NCBI GenBank assembly: GCA_944389515.1 | Contig: CALXMQ010000003.1 | Coordinates: forward strand, 44,762-108,761 | Length of the DNA: 64,000 nt | Reading direction: 5' to 3' | From: an uncultured Alphaproteobacteria bacterium | GTDB taxonomy: Bacteria; Pseudomonadota; Alphaproteobacteria; Rs-D84 | Shown here: positions 40,768-52,062 of the stretch, in pieces | Position numbering within the stretch: position 1 is the stretch's first letter | How the letters are laid out: every line of letters begins with the position of its first letter | Program-made: the position numbers and the translations under genes | Notes under the pieces: model-generated | Told to the model about the DNA's origin: nothing | What the model saw: the letters and a program-made list of their open reading frames with translations, nothing else | Databases searched by the model: none

Positions 40768-40983
40768 TTATCTGTCGTCGTGATGTGATGTTCTGTCAAC
40801 AATCATCCAAATCAACCACGCCAGCGCTGCAATACCGATTATGCTGTATACAATGCTGCTGGCGATGCTGGCCGGGCCAAAGATAAACGCAACCAAGTCG
40901 AAACCAAAGATTCCAATCAACCCCCAGTTCAGGGCACCGATAATCGTCAATGGTATCAAAACATAGTTTGTCAGTCCTCTCAT
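40768..40983 (-). CDS. DUF378 domain membrane protein
   Basis: LTIIGALNWGLIGIFGFDLVAFIFG; start revised to ATG 40983. Confidence 0.85.
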   Translation of the reverse strand: MRGLTNYVLIPLTIIGALNWGLIGIFGFDLVAFIFGPASIASSIVYSIIGIAALAWLIWMIVDRTSHHDDR

Positions 40984-41152
40984 CTGTTTTTTCTCCTTTT
41001 CAAGATTTGACACGTCTTTCATCAAAGACAATGTAATTATATACACTTTTACATGCACTTGCAATCGCAATACTGTATTTAGGAAAAGGTTCTTAGTATT
41101 GATTTTACATGATTTTATTCATACAAACAGGTACATATTGCCACATATGTAA

Positions 41153-41830
41153 TCATTGATTTATAATATGTTGTATGGCGTAATTGGCCGCATATAATCC
41201 AAATACACCTGTCACAGTTACCACAGACCCAAACGTTCGATTTGGTAAAACATTTTCATTTGGTAATTCTGTGGAATACACGGCATCAAAATCTGGCAAA
41301 TTTTCAGTACGCACAATTTTACGAATTTTTGCCGCCAATGGGCAAACTGTCGTTTTTGAAATTTTTGCTATTTTTATTTGCGATATATCTGTCTTGCGCG
41401 CCGCCCCCATGCTGGAAATAAACCGGATATTACGCGCAATGCACCATTTATATAACGCAACCTTAGATTCCAAAGTATCAATCGCATCAATTACAAAACA
41501 CGGGCTCATATCCAGCACTGTCGTTTTATCAAAAAACATATTCAGCGCAACAACATTTATATCTGGATTTATATCATGTATGCGCGCAGCAGCAACATCA
41601 ACCTTGGGCAAACCACATGTGGATTCCAGCGCAAACAACTGGCGATTTATATTTGATTCTTCGATTTTATCAAAATCAATCAAAATCAAATTGCCAATAC
41701 CCACACGCGCCAACGCTTCTATGGCAAAAGACCCAACCGCACCACATCCAACAACCATAACGGTTGCTGAGTGCATTTTTTCAACAGCCGCATCACCATA
41801 CAATAAACGTGTTCTGTGTAATTTATCCAT
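41153..41830 (-). CDS. tcdA: tRNA threonylcarbamoyladenosine dehydratase (ThiF family)
   Basis: VVGCGAVGS, DFDKIEESNINRQ, DAID, SSMGAA, CPLA. Confidence 0.88.
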   Translation of the reverse strand: MDKLHRTRLLYGDAAVEKMHSATVMVVGCGAVGSFAIEALARVGIGNLILIDFDKIEESNINRQLFALESTCGLPKVDVAAARIHDINPDINVVALNMFFDKTTVLDMSPCFVIDAIDTLESKVALYKWCIARNIRFISSMGAARKTDISQIKIAKISKTTVCPLAAKIRKIVRTENLPDFDAVYSTELPNENVLPNRTFGSVVTVTGVFGLYAANYAIQHIINQ

Positions 41831-42557
41831 TATTCAAAACCATAATTGTATTTTTATAAATTGTATCGGCGATTTTATCCACCGCAACTGATTTTATGTT
41901 CGCAATATGATGTAAAACGTTCGCCGCCCCAGATATATCTGGGCCGTCACTTTCCACCAATATACGACCATCTGGGGTATGATGTACGGCGTCAATCGCC
42001 CGACGGTGACGCGCATCTGTTATCATTGGTGAATATGAAAAATAAAAATTATACTGCGAAATCAAACGTTCAATAATATCCGTTGGACCTGAAAAAGCAT
42101 GTGCAACCATTATCCTGGGCAATCGTGATTTATGATTTTTCAATATATATAAAATTCGATTCCATGCGCCAATGCAATGTATAAATGCCGGCCGATTATA
42201 TTCATACGCAATATTTAATTGGGTGATAAAAATGCGTTCTTGGGCGTCTAGATCAGGATAATTTTTATCCAATCCGATTTCACCAACCATTAAATTTGGG
42301 TTTTGATGTAATAATTCGCACATATGCGCCACCCACGTATCATCCCCAGCCACTGTGGCAATGTGCCATGGATGCACCCCGACACATCCATAAACATTAT
42401 CATAATTATTACATGTTGTTATTACGTTGTCCCAATCACGTGGTGATGTGGCATTACATATTGCCCCCACCACCCCCATATCATTGGCGTGTGATAACAT
42501 ATGGGCAATATCCTGGGTCGATTGAATATGGCAATGTGCATCTATTATTTTTATCAT
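41823..42557 (-). CDS. tatD: TatD family nuclease/hydrolase
   Basis: IDAHCH, GVHPW, VGEIGLD, IHC, HAFSG, LVESD. Confidence 0.9.
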   Translation of the reverse strand: MIKIIDAHCHIQSTQDIAHMLSHANDMGVVGAICNATSPRDWDNVITTCNNYDNVYGCVGVHPWHIATVAGDDTWVAHMCELLHQNPNLMVGEIGLDKNYPDLDAQERIFITQLNIAYEYNRPAFIHCIGAWNRILYILKNHKSRLPRIMVAHAFSGPTDIIERLISQYNFYFSYSPMITDARHRRAIDAVHHTPDGRILVESDGPDISGAANVLHHIANIKSVAVDKIADTIYKNTIMVLNNG

Positions 42558-42669
42558 GATACCCAGGATAAATCTTTCATCACTGATTTGCAAAGTTTAA
42601 TTATTTATTGAATTTCCGTAAATGATTATGTAAATATTCCAATTATACACATTTAGACGGAGGTGTTAT

Positions 42670-43935
42670 ATGAACATAGCAGTTATAGGTTCTGGATACG
42701 TTGGATTACCAACAGCATGTGGTTTGGCCAGTTTTGGTAACCATGTTGTATGTATCGACAACAACGAACAAAAATTGGCAATATTGCAATCTGGCCATAT
42801 GCCATTGTTCGAAGACGGATTGCAAGAATTATATGAATCTAATAAAAGCAACATCAGATTTTCTGGCGATATGTCAGATGTTCGCAATGCAAATTTAATT
42901 ATATTGGCCGTTGGCACACCAATGGCAGACGATGGGTCTGCGGATTTGCAATACATATATGAGGCCGCTGCTGAAATAAAACCTTTCTTGCAAAACGGTG
43001 CAATCGTTGCCACAAAATCAACAGTACCAGTTGGAACAAACGATGAAATAGAACGCATAATCGACAATAAAAATGTAACTGTTGTATCTATGCCGGAATT
43101 TCTGCGCGAAGGTTACGCACTGCATGACTTTTTCCACCCAGACAGAATTATAATCGGTACTGATAATGTCGATGCGTATAATAAACTGCGCGATTTGTAT
43201 GCACCGCATATTTCACCAGATAAAATAATTCGTACCAGTCGCCGTTCTGCGGAAATTATTAAATATGCATCAAATGCGTTTTTGGCAACAAAAATCCAAT
43301 TTATAAACGAAATCGCAGACCTGTGTGAACAAGTTGGCGCAAATGTATCAGATGTTGCCGACGGTATGGGCATGGATTCCAGAATTGGTCGCAAATTCTT
43401 GAACGCTGGTATCGGATACGGTGGCAGTTGCTTTCCAAAAGACACAAATGCATTGGCATATGTGGCCAACAAGCATGGCGTACATTTAGGATTGGTTTCT
43501 AAAACAATCCAGGGTAATCATGAACGCCGTCAAAATATCGCAAATCGCATAAACGCACAAATTGATAAAATTGGTGAAAATGCACGCGTGGCAGTTCTGG
43601 GGTTGGCGTTCAAAAATGGTACAGACGATGTCAGATACAGTCCTGCCATTGATATTATTAAAAACATACGTCATAACCAAATTTATGCATATGACCCCCA
43701 GGCAATGAAAAATGCATCAAATGTATTGGAATCAAACGTTAAATATGCAAATTCATTGCATGATTGCGTTGAAAATGCAGATATAATCGTAATCTTGACA
43801 GAATGGCCGGAATTCCGCGAACTGGAATCCGCAACATTTGAACATCCAACAATCATACTGGATTTCAGAAACCTGTTGGACGAAAACGTAATGTCCGCCA
43901 AAGAAAATGTAACATACAAACGAATTGGGAAATAG
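42670..43935 (+). CDS. ugd: UDP-glucose 6-dehydrogenase
   Basis: IGSGYVGL, AVGTP, KSTVPVG, PEFLREG, KYASNAFLA, GYGGSCFPKD. Confidence 0.95.
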   Translation: MNIAVIGSGYVGLPTACGLASFGNHVVCIDNNEQKLAILQSGHMPLFEDGLQELYESNKSNIRFSGDMSDVRNANLIILAVGTPMADDGSADLQYIYEAAAEIKPFLQNGAIVATKSTVPVGTNDEIERIIDNKNVTVVSMPEFLREGYALHDFFHPDRIIIGTDNVDAYNKLRDLYAPHISPDKIIRTSRRSAEIIKYASNAFLATKIQFINEIADLCEQVGANVSDVADGMGMDSRIGRKFLNAGIGYGGSCFPKDTNALAYVANKHGVHLGLVSKTIQGNHERRQNIANRINAQIDKIGENARVAVLGLAFKNGTDDVRYSPAIDIIKNIRHNQIYAYDPQAMKNASNVLESNVKYANSLHDCVENADIIVILTEWPEFRELESATFEHPTIILDFRNLLDENVMSAKENVTYKRIGK

Positions 43936-44128
43936 TTCGTTTGATTTCACCGCACAGTACGACATTATTTATATCGTATTTTGCGGTGGCATGTTACATG
44001 ATATAAATACCTGATAAAAAATTATGCAATGCACGGTATTTTTTCTTGATTTTTTATTTTTTATGTGGCAGAATTAGCCCCGAACTTTGGCAAAGGTGAT
44101 GCATGTCATCCCTTTCCAGTTCAGTTTT

Positions 44129-44204
44129 GGGGACATAGCTCAGTTGGTAGAGCAAATGACTTTTAATCATTGGGTCCAGGGTTCGAGTCCCTGTGTCCCC
44201 ACCA
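44129..44204 (+). tRNA. tRNA-Lys(TTT)
   Basis: GGGGACA/TGTCCCC acceptor stem, anticodon loop CTTTTAA, TTCGAGT, CCA; 76 nt; terminator 44209-44233. Confidence 0.97.
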
Positions 44205-44254
44205 CGATAAACCGCAGAAACCTGCGGTTTTTTGTTTTTTGGGTTAGCGATTAT

Positions 44255-44842
44255 TTATCTGAATTTTTTGCGTATCCAACGCGATATTTTTACATAAATG
44301 TCATTATGTTCTGATGGCCAGTTCGCACCATTTACATTTAATACATCAGACAGAACATAATCCCGACGAAAATCCACCGGAAAATATGTATATTTTTCCG
44401 GATTATGTTGTACATCTGTCGCCAATACGTCAGAATAAATTTCAGACACATACAACACATCTGCAATTTTTTTATCAATTACATATTTATAAATACCGCC
44501 ACCGCCACAGACAAATATTGTTTTATATGGGTATATTATGTGGCTGATTTTGATTGCGTTTTCTAGCGAGTTTGTTTTTATATATTTTGTTCCATTATCA
44601 GTTGGCATTGGTTGGAATTTTGGGAATTTACGACTGCATACAATATTTCCCCGACCGCGCAATGGGTAATGCGGCAAGTTATAAAAAGTTGTTGCCCCAA
44701 AAATACACGGATGGTTCATAGTTGCTTTTTTGAAAAAATAAAAATCTTTATCAGAATGCCACGGCAATTTATTATCTATACCGATAATGTCGTATGGACC
44801 AACTGCAAATATTGCAACAATATGTTCAGAATCATTAAACAT
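44255..44842 (-). CDS. folA: Dihydrofolate reductase
   Basis: IGIDNKLPW..D..FFK..T, LRGRGNIVCSR, VCGGGGIY. Confidence 0.85.
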   Translation of the reverse strand: MFNDSEHIVAIFAVGPYDIIGIDNKLPWHSDKDFYFFKKATMNHPCIFGATTFYNLPHYPLRGRGNIVCSRKFPKFQPMPTDNGTKYIKTNSLENAIKISHIIYPYKTIFVCGGGGIYKYVIDKKIADVLYVSEIYSDVLATDVQHNPEKYTYFPVDFRRDYVLSDVLNVNGANWPSEHNDIYVKISRWIRKKFR

Positions 44843-44934
44843 CGTTTATTATGCTATTAAATTTATCAGATAAATCAATATGGATAATACGGCAATGAAG
44901 TTTATAAATAAAAAACGGGGCAATGCCCCGTTTT

Positions 44935-46176
44935 TTATTTCGCAAATGAATAATCCATTTCCAAATGATTTGGGTTATATGTACCGTTCATAATCGCAAT
45001 CGTATCTTCGACAATAACCAGTTCTTCATTTGTTGCAATCATGAATATTTTTACTGGACTGTCAGGTGTGGAAATTTCCATTTCATCAACACCTTTGCGT
45101 GCCAATGCCGCAGCATTTTTTTCACGATCCAGTTTGACACCCAATTCTTCCAGGCCGGCGCAGAATTTTTCACGCAAGAAATCGTCGTTTTCACCGACAC
45201 CTGCGGTAAATACTAATGCATCAGTGTGCCCCAATTCTGCCATAAATGCACCAATGTATTTTTTTACATTGTGCGCTTCCATTTCTATGGCCAAACGGCA
45301 TTTATCATTTGTTTCGCGATTTTCTTCTACATCACGACGATCAACAAAGCATTCAGTCAATCCCAACAAACCAGAATCTTTGTTCAAATGCATTTGCATC
45401 TGGTCAGGTGTCAAATTCAAACGTTGCATAACATACAACACAACGCCAGGGTCCAAGTCACCGGGACGAGTACCCATTGTCAGTCCAGCCAATGGCGTCA
45501 TACCCAATGACGTATCCACAGATACCCCATTTTTAATTGCAGTGGCAGATGCCCCCGACCCAATATGCAATGTTACTAAATTGCATTCTGATGCAGGACG
45601 TCCCAACATTTTTGCCGCACGTTTTGAAACATATAAATGCGATGTTCCATGGAATCCATATTTGCGTACGCCCAATTCTGTATACCATGCATTTGGCACC
45701 GCGTAACGATATGCATAATCAGGCATTGTTTGATGAAATGCGGTATCAAATACAGCAACCTGGGTTGCGTTTGGCAACAACTGTTTCGCGGTAACAATAC
45801 CCATCAACGCCGCAGGATTATGCAACGGCGCAATTTGTGACAATTCATCGATTGTATGCATCACTTCATCAGTAATTTCCACAGATGACGCAAATTTATC
45901 CCCCCCCATAACAACACGATGGCCAACGCCACGAATTTCGTTCATATCGATTGACGCTTCGCGTAACATGAACAGAACGACATTTAACGCTTCGTTATGA
46001 TTTTTCATTTCTGTTTCTTTGCGCGTTTTTGTGCCGTCTGGGTATTTTTGGGTTACAAAAGAATCCGGCAATCCGATTTTTTCAACATTTCCGCCGACAA
46101 CATATTTTTTGGAATCGGCGTCAAAAACCTGGTATTTCAATGAAGAAGAACCACAATTCAGTGCAAGTATGTACAT
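44935..46176 (-). CDS. ackA: Acetate kinase
   Basis: ILALNCGSSSLKY, GHRVVMGG, APLHNP, FDTAFHQT, YGFHGTSH, FTAGVGEN, TNEELVI. Confidence 0.97.
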   Translation of the reverse strand: MYILALNCGSSSLKYQVFDADSKKYVVGGNVEKIGLPDSFVTQKYPDGTKTRKETEMKNHNEALNVVLFMLREASIDMNEIRGVGHRVVMGGDKFASSVEITDEVMHTIDELSQIAPLHNPAALMGIVTAKQLLPNATQVAVFDTAFHQTMPDYAYRYAVPNAWYTELGVRKYGFHGTSHLYVSKRAAKMLGRPASECNLVTLHIGSGASATAIKNGVSVDTSLGMTPLAGLTMGTRPGDLDPGVVLYVMQRLNLTPDQMQMHLNKDSGLLGLTECFVDRRDVEENRETNDKCRLAIEMEAHNVKKYIGAFMAELGHTDALVFTAGVGENDDFLREKFCAGLEELGVKLDREKNAAALARKGVDEMEISTPDSPVKIFMIATNEELVIVEDTIAIMNGTYNPNHLEMDYSFAK

Positions 46177-46252
46177 AACATCCCCTTTGTTTTACGGGGT
46201 TCAGCATAACACACGACGCGACGTGTTTCAACAGTAAAAAATCATGAAAAAA

Positions 46253-48694
46253 CTATGCCGCCAGTTGATATTTATTCAAATACGCCTGGAATTTAGCGGC
46301 GGCATTTTTATCAAATTTCTTTTGTTTTTCTTTGGCACTGCCCATAGCCCAAGAATACATTGTACCAGTATGACTGTCGCGACCTGTTTCCAAAAAGTCC
46401 CAATATGCCATCAATTCACGATATTTATCTTGGTGATTTTTATCCCAATCACGAATTTCTTGGTCGCGTTTCTGCATGCGTTGATTTAATTCCGCAACAC
46501 TTTGTGTTGCATTTTCAAATTCATCTATCTTGGCACTTAAATTTGCAGCACGACGTTGGGCATTATTATATCTGCGTAACGCGGTATTCATACGCTGTTG
46601 CTGGATTTGCATATCTGCACGTGCATGTGCAACATTTTGTGGTGACATTTGTTGTTGTGCAGAATATGCGTCATTATATTCTGCTAACTTTTGCTGTCCC
46701 AATGCCCGTTTTTCATTTAATTGACGCATTAAATCCGCCGCCAACGCATTTTGAGTTGCCGGTGGCATATTGGCAAAAGTATTTGCATTTTGCAGTTGTG
46801 ATTCTAAATCTGCGACGTCATTAGCCAACGATTGCATTTCTGCATGCAAATTATTCATTGTTTGCGTATATCCATCATATGTATCAACAATGGATTTAGA
46901 TTGTCCATATCGTTCTTGGGCCTGTTCATATTCGCCATGTCTTCTTTGTGCAAGATTTTCTGCATTTTGCAAATCAGTCTTTTTTTGTCCGATTGTATTT
47001 GCATTAAATCCACGCGAATCTAATCGTTGCAGTGCGGTTTCAAATTGCTGTTTTTTTGTGCTATCTTTTTGATTTTCTGTATCATTATGTTGTCTTGTTT
47101 GACTTAAATCTGCATCTTTTTGCTGCATCCATGTTGTGTGTGCATCACCAACACGTCCGGTTTTTCCGTTAAACTTGCTGCCGTTCAGGCGAATTGCATT
47201 GCCGCCCATGGTAATTGCATAACCAACGGCCATAAATGCGTATTTGATACTTTTATCCATGGCATTTGTAACAAATTGCACTGCCTGATTCTTGTTCCAC
47301 GACAACCCACCATCAGAAAAGATAGACAATTTTTCTTTACCCAGTGTATCCATAATTTTGCTGGTTGTGTATCCGTATTTGACAACTGACAAAACCTCCA
47401 TCGCGGTTTTGGCTTCATCCATTTTATTTTCACGAACAGCCTGGACAATCAATTCAGATACAATGGCCTTCATCTGGCGACCATTTTTTAATGCACCGGC
47501 AAAGGCACGCGGCATTGTTTTGTTTAATTCATCCAATGTTTTTACCATCCAATCAAAATGGTCAACCGCACGCGGCGATTTATACATCAGATTCTTTTTA
47601 ATATCACCTGCACTGTCTATGACCTTGGCCAAACCATCAGTTGGTTTGAATTTGACCTTTGCCCCAGTCAATGCCTTGAATATCAATTTTGCAGATGGTG
47701 AAAAATATAACCTGTCGCCACGTAATTTGATATATTTATCCATATAATCAGACCACGTGTCCGACACGTTGTCTTTTAACTGTTGCCATGGGGTCAATTC
47801 ATCGTCACGCTTTGGCGGAACATAATCCTTGCTTTCTTTATTTGCATAGTCAATATTTGCGTTGGCGGTGTCAATATGTTTGGATATTTTACCGTTATCA
47901 TATTCTTTGAATACATCATAAACCTTGGAATCAGTGACCAATGTATTCAATAAATCTTTATGGTTATCTTTGAAATCTTGCAGTTTCGTTGGATCAACAC
48001 TGGGGTCATCAAACCATTTATCTATATCTTCAAAATTTATTTGTGCGTATTGTGATTGCCCCAATTTAGTATCGTTTTGAATATAATAATTCATGTATTC
48101 TGCAACACGCTGTATAACACCTTGCAGTTTTACATCTGTATTATATTTTGTCGGCTGTTGAATATCGCGCAACAAATCAGAATATGATATACCAGCATTA
48201 CTTAGTATATCACGAATATAAAATCCCAATGTGGCACGATATTGGTTATCAGATAATAACTGATATAATTGCCGTATTTGATCTTCGGCACGAACCTGGG
48301 GATTCGCGGCACCATTTGAAAATAACTTGGTCTGGGCATTTCCGAAATATTCGTTCAAGAATTCTAATGCGTTTTTATTTGTTTTTTCAAATTTACTTTT
48401 GTTTTCGGCCATTGCACGAAACGTATTTTGGAACGCCTTGAACAATTTTTCCCACTCTTTATCGTCCATATGAAAATTATCATTTACGTCTGTCGGATCG
48501 GGCATGCCGTTTTCAACCCATTTGCCATTGGCATCTGGATGCATCAGTTTAGATTTCCACGTTTTCATATTTCCACGGAAATCATCTGATTTAACATATA
48601 CATCAAATTGCGCACGAACTGTTGGCGGCATAGTATTAAAACGCCGCTGCATATAATATTGCAACAAAAATTCGTCCATTTTTACGTCCGCCAT
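46253..48694 (-). CDS. Large helical / coiled-coil hypothetical protein
   Basis: About 813 aa, Gln/Asn/Ala-rich heptad region in the C-terminal third; no motif recognised. Confidence 0.7.
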   Translation of the reverse strand: MADVKMDEFLLQYYMQRRFNTMPPTVRAQFDVYVKSDDFRGNMKTWKSKLMHPDANGKWVENGMPDPTDVNDNFHMDDKEWEKLFKAFQNTFRAMAENKSKFEKTNKNALEFLNEYFGNAQTKLFSNGAANPQVRAEDQIRQLYQLLSDNQYRATLGFYIRDILSNAGISYSDLLRDIQQPTKYNTDVKLQGVIQRVAEYMNYYIQNDTKLGQSQYAQINFEDIDKWFDDPSVDPTKLQDFKDNHKDLLNTLVTDSKVYDVFKEYDNGKISKHIDTANANIDYANKESKDYVPPKRDDELTPWQQLKDNVSDTWSDYMDKYIKLRGDRLYFSPSAKLIFKALTGAKVKFKPTDGLAKVIDSAGDIKKNLMYKSPRAVDHFDWMVKTLDELNKTMPRAFAGALKNGRQMKAIVSELIVQAVRENKMDEAKTAMEVLSVVKYGYTTSKIMDTLGKEKLSIFSDGGLSWNKNQAVQFVTNAMDKSIKYAFMAVGYAITMGGNAIRLNGSKFNGKTGRVGDAHTTWMQQKDADLSQTRQHNDTENQKDSTKKQQFETALQRLDSRGFNANTIGQKKTDLQNAENLAQRRHGEYEQAQERYGQSKSIVDTYDGYTQTMNNLHAEMQSLANDVADLESQLQNANTFANMPPATQNALAADLMRQLNEKRALGQQKLAEYNDAYSAQQQMSPQNVAHARADMQIQQQRMNTALRRYNNAQRRAANLSAKIDEFENATQSVAELNQRMQKRDQEIRDWDKNHQDKYRELMAYWDFLETGRDSHTGTMYSWAMGSAKEKQKKFDKNAAAKFQAYLNKYQLAA

Positions 48695-48815
48695 GATGTA
48701 CCCCACATATTCACACATGATATTATAGTATTTTTTCGTCTAAAATTCAATATTTTCAATACACAAAACCAACAAAATAGGTTATAATTCTTATAAATTG
48801 CAGGGGTGAAATTTT

Positions 48816-50048
48816 ATGAATAAAAATTCTGCATTACGGCGTTTTTTGCACAATGTATATGGGTATTCTTTTTTTAATAAATTTATGCTGTTGACGCCTG
48901 TGTATGCCGTATTTATGCAGGAAAATGGTCTGACGGATTTACAATTATCGTTGATGTTTGTGATTTTATCCGCAGGTACATTTTTAACACAAATCCCAGT
49001 TACATGGATTACAAATAAGTTGGGCGTTAAACCTGCAATCATGTTGGGACAATTATTAAAGGCCATTGCGTTTGTATTATGGCTGGTATGGCCAACATTT
49101 TGGGGTTTTGCAATCGGCATGTTTTTATGGGGCGTTGAATGGGCGTTCTTTAACGTATCGTTCGAAGGTATGGTGTACGACGAATTACGTGCGCGCCGCC
49201 ACCAAAAAATTTATTCCAAGGTGCTGGGGGTGCGGTATAATTTACAAGCAATCGGTACGGCATTATCGGCGTTTGGTTCATTATTGATGTTTGCTGGATA
49301 TGGATGGATTACATTTGCGTCGCTGGTTGCGTTGGCTTTATCTGTGATATGTATTGCACGTATTGATTTGAAATCACGTACCAGTGCCGCACCACGTCAA
49401 CGCAAAGTCCATTTTATGAAACTGTTCAAAACAGGTATGCGTATTTGCGCAAAAACACCATGCATATTTTTGATGTTACTGCTTAGTCTGTTTGTGGCAA
49501 ACATTGCATATCTGGACGATTATCTTAGTCCCATTGGCATAGAAATTGGTTTACCCATAGAATTTGTGGGATTGATTCAATTCTTTATATTGGGCTGTGC
49601 CGTATTGGGTCAAACGTTTGCATATCGATTTGCCCGAATTCGTGACTGGATTTTATATACTTTGATTTGCGCCGGTGGATTGGCATTTGTCGCTTTTTCT
49701 TATTTTTATTCTGTATCGGGATTATTAGCATTGGGATTGGCATATGTGTTATTCAGCGGATTAAATGTATTGCTGTATTCACGATTCCAAGATTTTGTAC
49801 CCACAACATATCGGTCAGTAATTTTATCATTGTACAGCATTGGCGATAATATTGTTTATATCGGGACATGCCTGGTTATCGGACTGGGTGGAACATTGGG
49901 CAGTTGGCGTTACAGTATCATGATTTTAGGTATGGTTTTAATTGGTGTTGGATTGTGGGCATTGGTGGGAATACGCGACAAATGCGCGATTGCAAATATG
50001 CCAGGCGCACATGCAGTCAAAACCACACACCCCACTGGCAAGGCATAG
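48816..50048 (+). CDS. MFS transporter
   Basis: About 12 hydrophobic segments, N-terminal MFS pattern, EGMVYDEL. Confidence 0.85.
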   Translation: MNKNSALRRFLHNVYGYSFFNKFMLLTPVYAVFMQENGLTDLQLSLMFVILSAGTFLTQIPVTWITNKLGVKPAIMLGQLLKAIAFVLWLVWPTFWGFAIGMFLWGVEWAFFNVSFEGMVYDELRARRHQKIYSKVLGVRYNLQAIGTALSAFGSLLMFAGYGWITFASLVALALSVICIARIDLKSRTSAAPRQRKVHFMKLFKTGMRICAKTPCIFLMLLLSLFVANIAYLDDYLSPIGIEIGLPIEFVGLIQFFILGCAVLGQTFAYRFARIRDWILYTLICAGGLAFVAFSYFYSVSGLLALGLAYVLFSGLNVLLYSRFQDFVPTTYRSVILSLYSIGDNIVYIGTCLVIGLGGTLGSWRYSIMILGMVLIGVGLWALVGIRDKCAIANMPGAHAVKTTHPTGKA

Positions 50049-50090
50049 TTTCCTGTATATTTTTATGGCGCGGTTGGGCACAATATAAGT

Positions 50091-50762
50091 ATGAAATTCA
50101 GCCTGCGTGATTTTTTATTAAAAATGATTCCATATGTGTTATCGATTGCTGGGGGACTGGTGTTATTTATTGTCACCAAAGACGATGTTCATGACCCAAA
50201 TGTAACAGATTTAATAAATAACATCGCTGCATCGTTGTTGTCAATTCCATTGGTGTTTTTGTTGTACGATTATTCCAATTATCGTGTATCAAAGCAGTTA
50301 AAAAAGACTTTGGCTGACAACATGGGTGATAAAATCAATGTATTATTATTAAAATTGATTATCACAATCAGGCAAATTATCGGCATACGCGGAAAATTGA
50401 CTTTTACCAGTTTGAATAATATGGACGATATCAGCATAACGCATATCGCCACAAAAATAAAAATTACACCAAGTGCAATAAACAACCTGCGCCAATGCAG
50501 GGATGATATTGATAATCTGATATATCATAATGCGAATTCAAATGTATTATCTGGGGATCAAATTCAATCTTTATCTGGATTGATGCGCGCATTATCACAA
50601 CTGATAAACGAACATGAATTTCGGCGCAACCATCGCGCGGCCGCCAAATATATTAAAAATATAATCAATCATATTACTGACTGGATGGATTCAGACGCAT
50701 TGGCCGCAATGCATTTTCAACAATTATTGGGGACGGCTGAAATTCCAGATAATAAAAAATAA
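50091..50762 (+). CDS. Hypothetical membrane protein (2 N-terminal TM)
   Basis: ORF with consistent codon style and two hydrophobic segments. Confidence 0.55.
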   Translation: MKFSLRDFLLKMIPYVLSIAGGLVLFIVTKDDVHDPNVTDLINNIAASLLSIPLVFLLYDYSNYRVSKQLKKTLADNMGDKINVLLLKLIITIRQIIGIRGKLTFTSLNNMDDISITHIATKIKITPSAINNLRQCRDDIDNLIYHNANSNVLSGDQIQSLSGLMRALSQLINEHEFRRNHRAAAKYIKNIINHITDWMDSDALAAMHFQQLLGTAEIPDNKK

Positions 50763-50766
50763 CGCC

Positions 50767-52062
50767 CTATTTTAACAAATCACCAGATTTTATATATTCT
50801 GGGGTGCCTGGTTTTAATGACTTTTGCGCACGACGGGCATATTCACGCGATTTTTCAGAATTGCCAATCATGGCGTAATATTCTGCGCGCGCCCAATCTG
50901 CACGACCATCATCGTATGCACGTGCCAAAACCCAATACGTCAGTGGCATTGGCGATACTAATAACGCACGTTTACACATTTCAATCGCACGATTACAATC
51001 CCCGGGTTTATTTCGTTCTGTCAATACCAGTGCCAGCGCAGTTTCAATTTGTGGTGCTTTTTCATCTGTCAATTCTAAACTGCGTTCATATGCGTCAACA
51101 CTGTCATCATAATGTCCCAACTGATATTCAATATCCCCCAACAATTCATAGAAATATGGATTGTTTGGACGACGTGAAATTAGCGACAATGTGCCCACGC
51201 GCGCATCATCCAGGTTACCAACCTGCATCTGGGCGATTGCGCGCGCATATAATGCGGCATCAGACGTGTCAGAATTCGGATATGCCGTGGCGACATTTTC
51301 AGCGCTGTCTAAATATCCAATCAGTTTTGCACGAACCAATTCATATTCTGAACGCTGGGCATCCGTTGGGGCATTTGATGGTTCATAATCAGAATCTAAT
51401 TTTTCAATTTGTGTGCGCACATGACTTAAACGTTCTGCGGTCAAAGGGTGATTTATACGATTAGGATTTATTCGTGATTCCAACGCACCAGTCATATGCC
51501 CCATTTGTTCGAACACTTCGATAAATCCATTTGGATTTAATTTTGCACGCAACATCAATTTCAATCCCATATCATCGGCAATACGTTCTTCGTCACGGGT
51601 AAACGCCAACATCGATTGTTGGGCAACACCACTGGACCCAGCCAAAACCCCAGCCCCCAACGAAGGATCGCCCCCCAATGCCATCAGTCCAATTCCCAAT
51701 GCCTGAATCAGCATTGTACGCGTCATTTCTGCCCCCATACGGTCAGCCATTTGCGCCATATGCCCACCCAATGTATGCCCCAATTCATGGGCAACAACCG
51801 CCTGTAATGCATCAGGCGATTTTATTTGCGTCAGCAAACCTGTGTACAAATACACATCTTCGCCCCCCATAACAAATGCATTGAATTGATTGTCATTGAC
51901 AATATGTACACGCAAACGACCGTTTGGAATATTTGCCGCGGTGGCCAACGGTGAAATCAGTTCTGTAATCATACGTTCTGTTTCTGTATCATTTATCAGC
52001 GATGCCGCATGTACCGGCACGACGAATATTATAAATAACAAAAAGCAAAATATTTTATGCAC
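50767..52062 (-). CDS. M48 family metalloprotease with TPRs (BepA-like)
   Basis: FNAFVMGG, AHELGH, FTRDEERIAD, HPLTAERL, C-terminal TPRs. Confidence 0.88.
   Translation of the reverse strand: MHKIFCFLLFIIFVVPVHAASLINDTETERMITELISPLATAANIPNGRLRVHIVNDNQFNAFVMGGEDVYLYTGLLTQIKSPDALQAVVAHELGHTLGGHMAQMADRMGAEMTRTMLIQALGIGLMALGGDPSLGAGVLAGSSGVAQQSMLAFTRDEERIADDMGLKLMLRAKLNPNGFIEVFEQMGHMTGALESRINPNRINHPLTAERLSHVRTQIEKLDSDYEPSNAPTDAQRSEYELVRAKLIGYLDSAENVATAYPNSDTSDAALYARAIAQMQVGNLDDARVGTLSLISRRPNNPYFYELLGDIEYQLGHYDDSVDAYERSLELTDEKAPQIETALALVLTERNKPGDCNRAIEMCKRALLVSPMPLTYWVLARAYDDGRADWARAEYYAMIGNSEKSREYARRAQKSLKPGTPEYIKSGDLLK

Noticed and set aside
42654-42667. TAGACGGAGGTGTT upstream of ugd resembles a switch site
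   Set aside because: It is explained by the GGAGG ribosome-binding site, and no inverted partner was found nearby.
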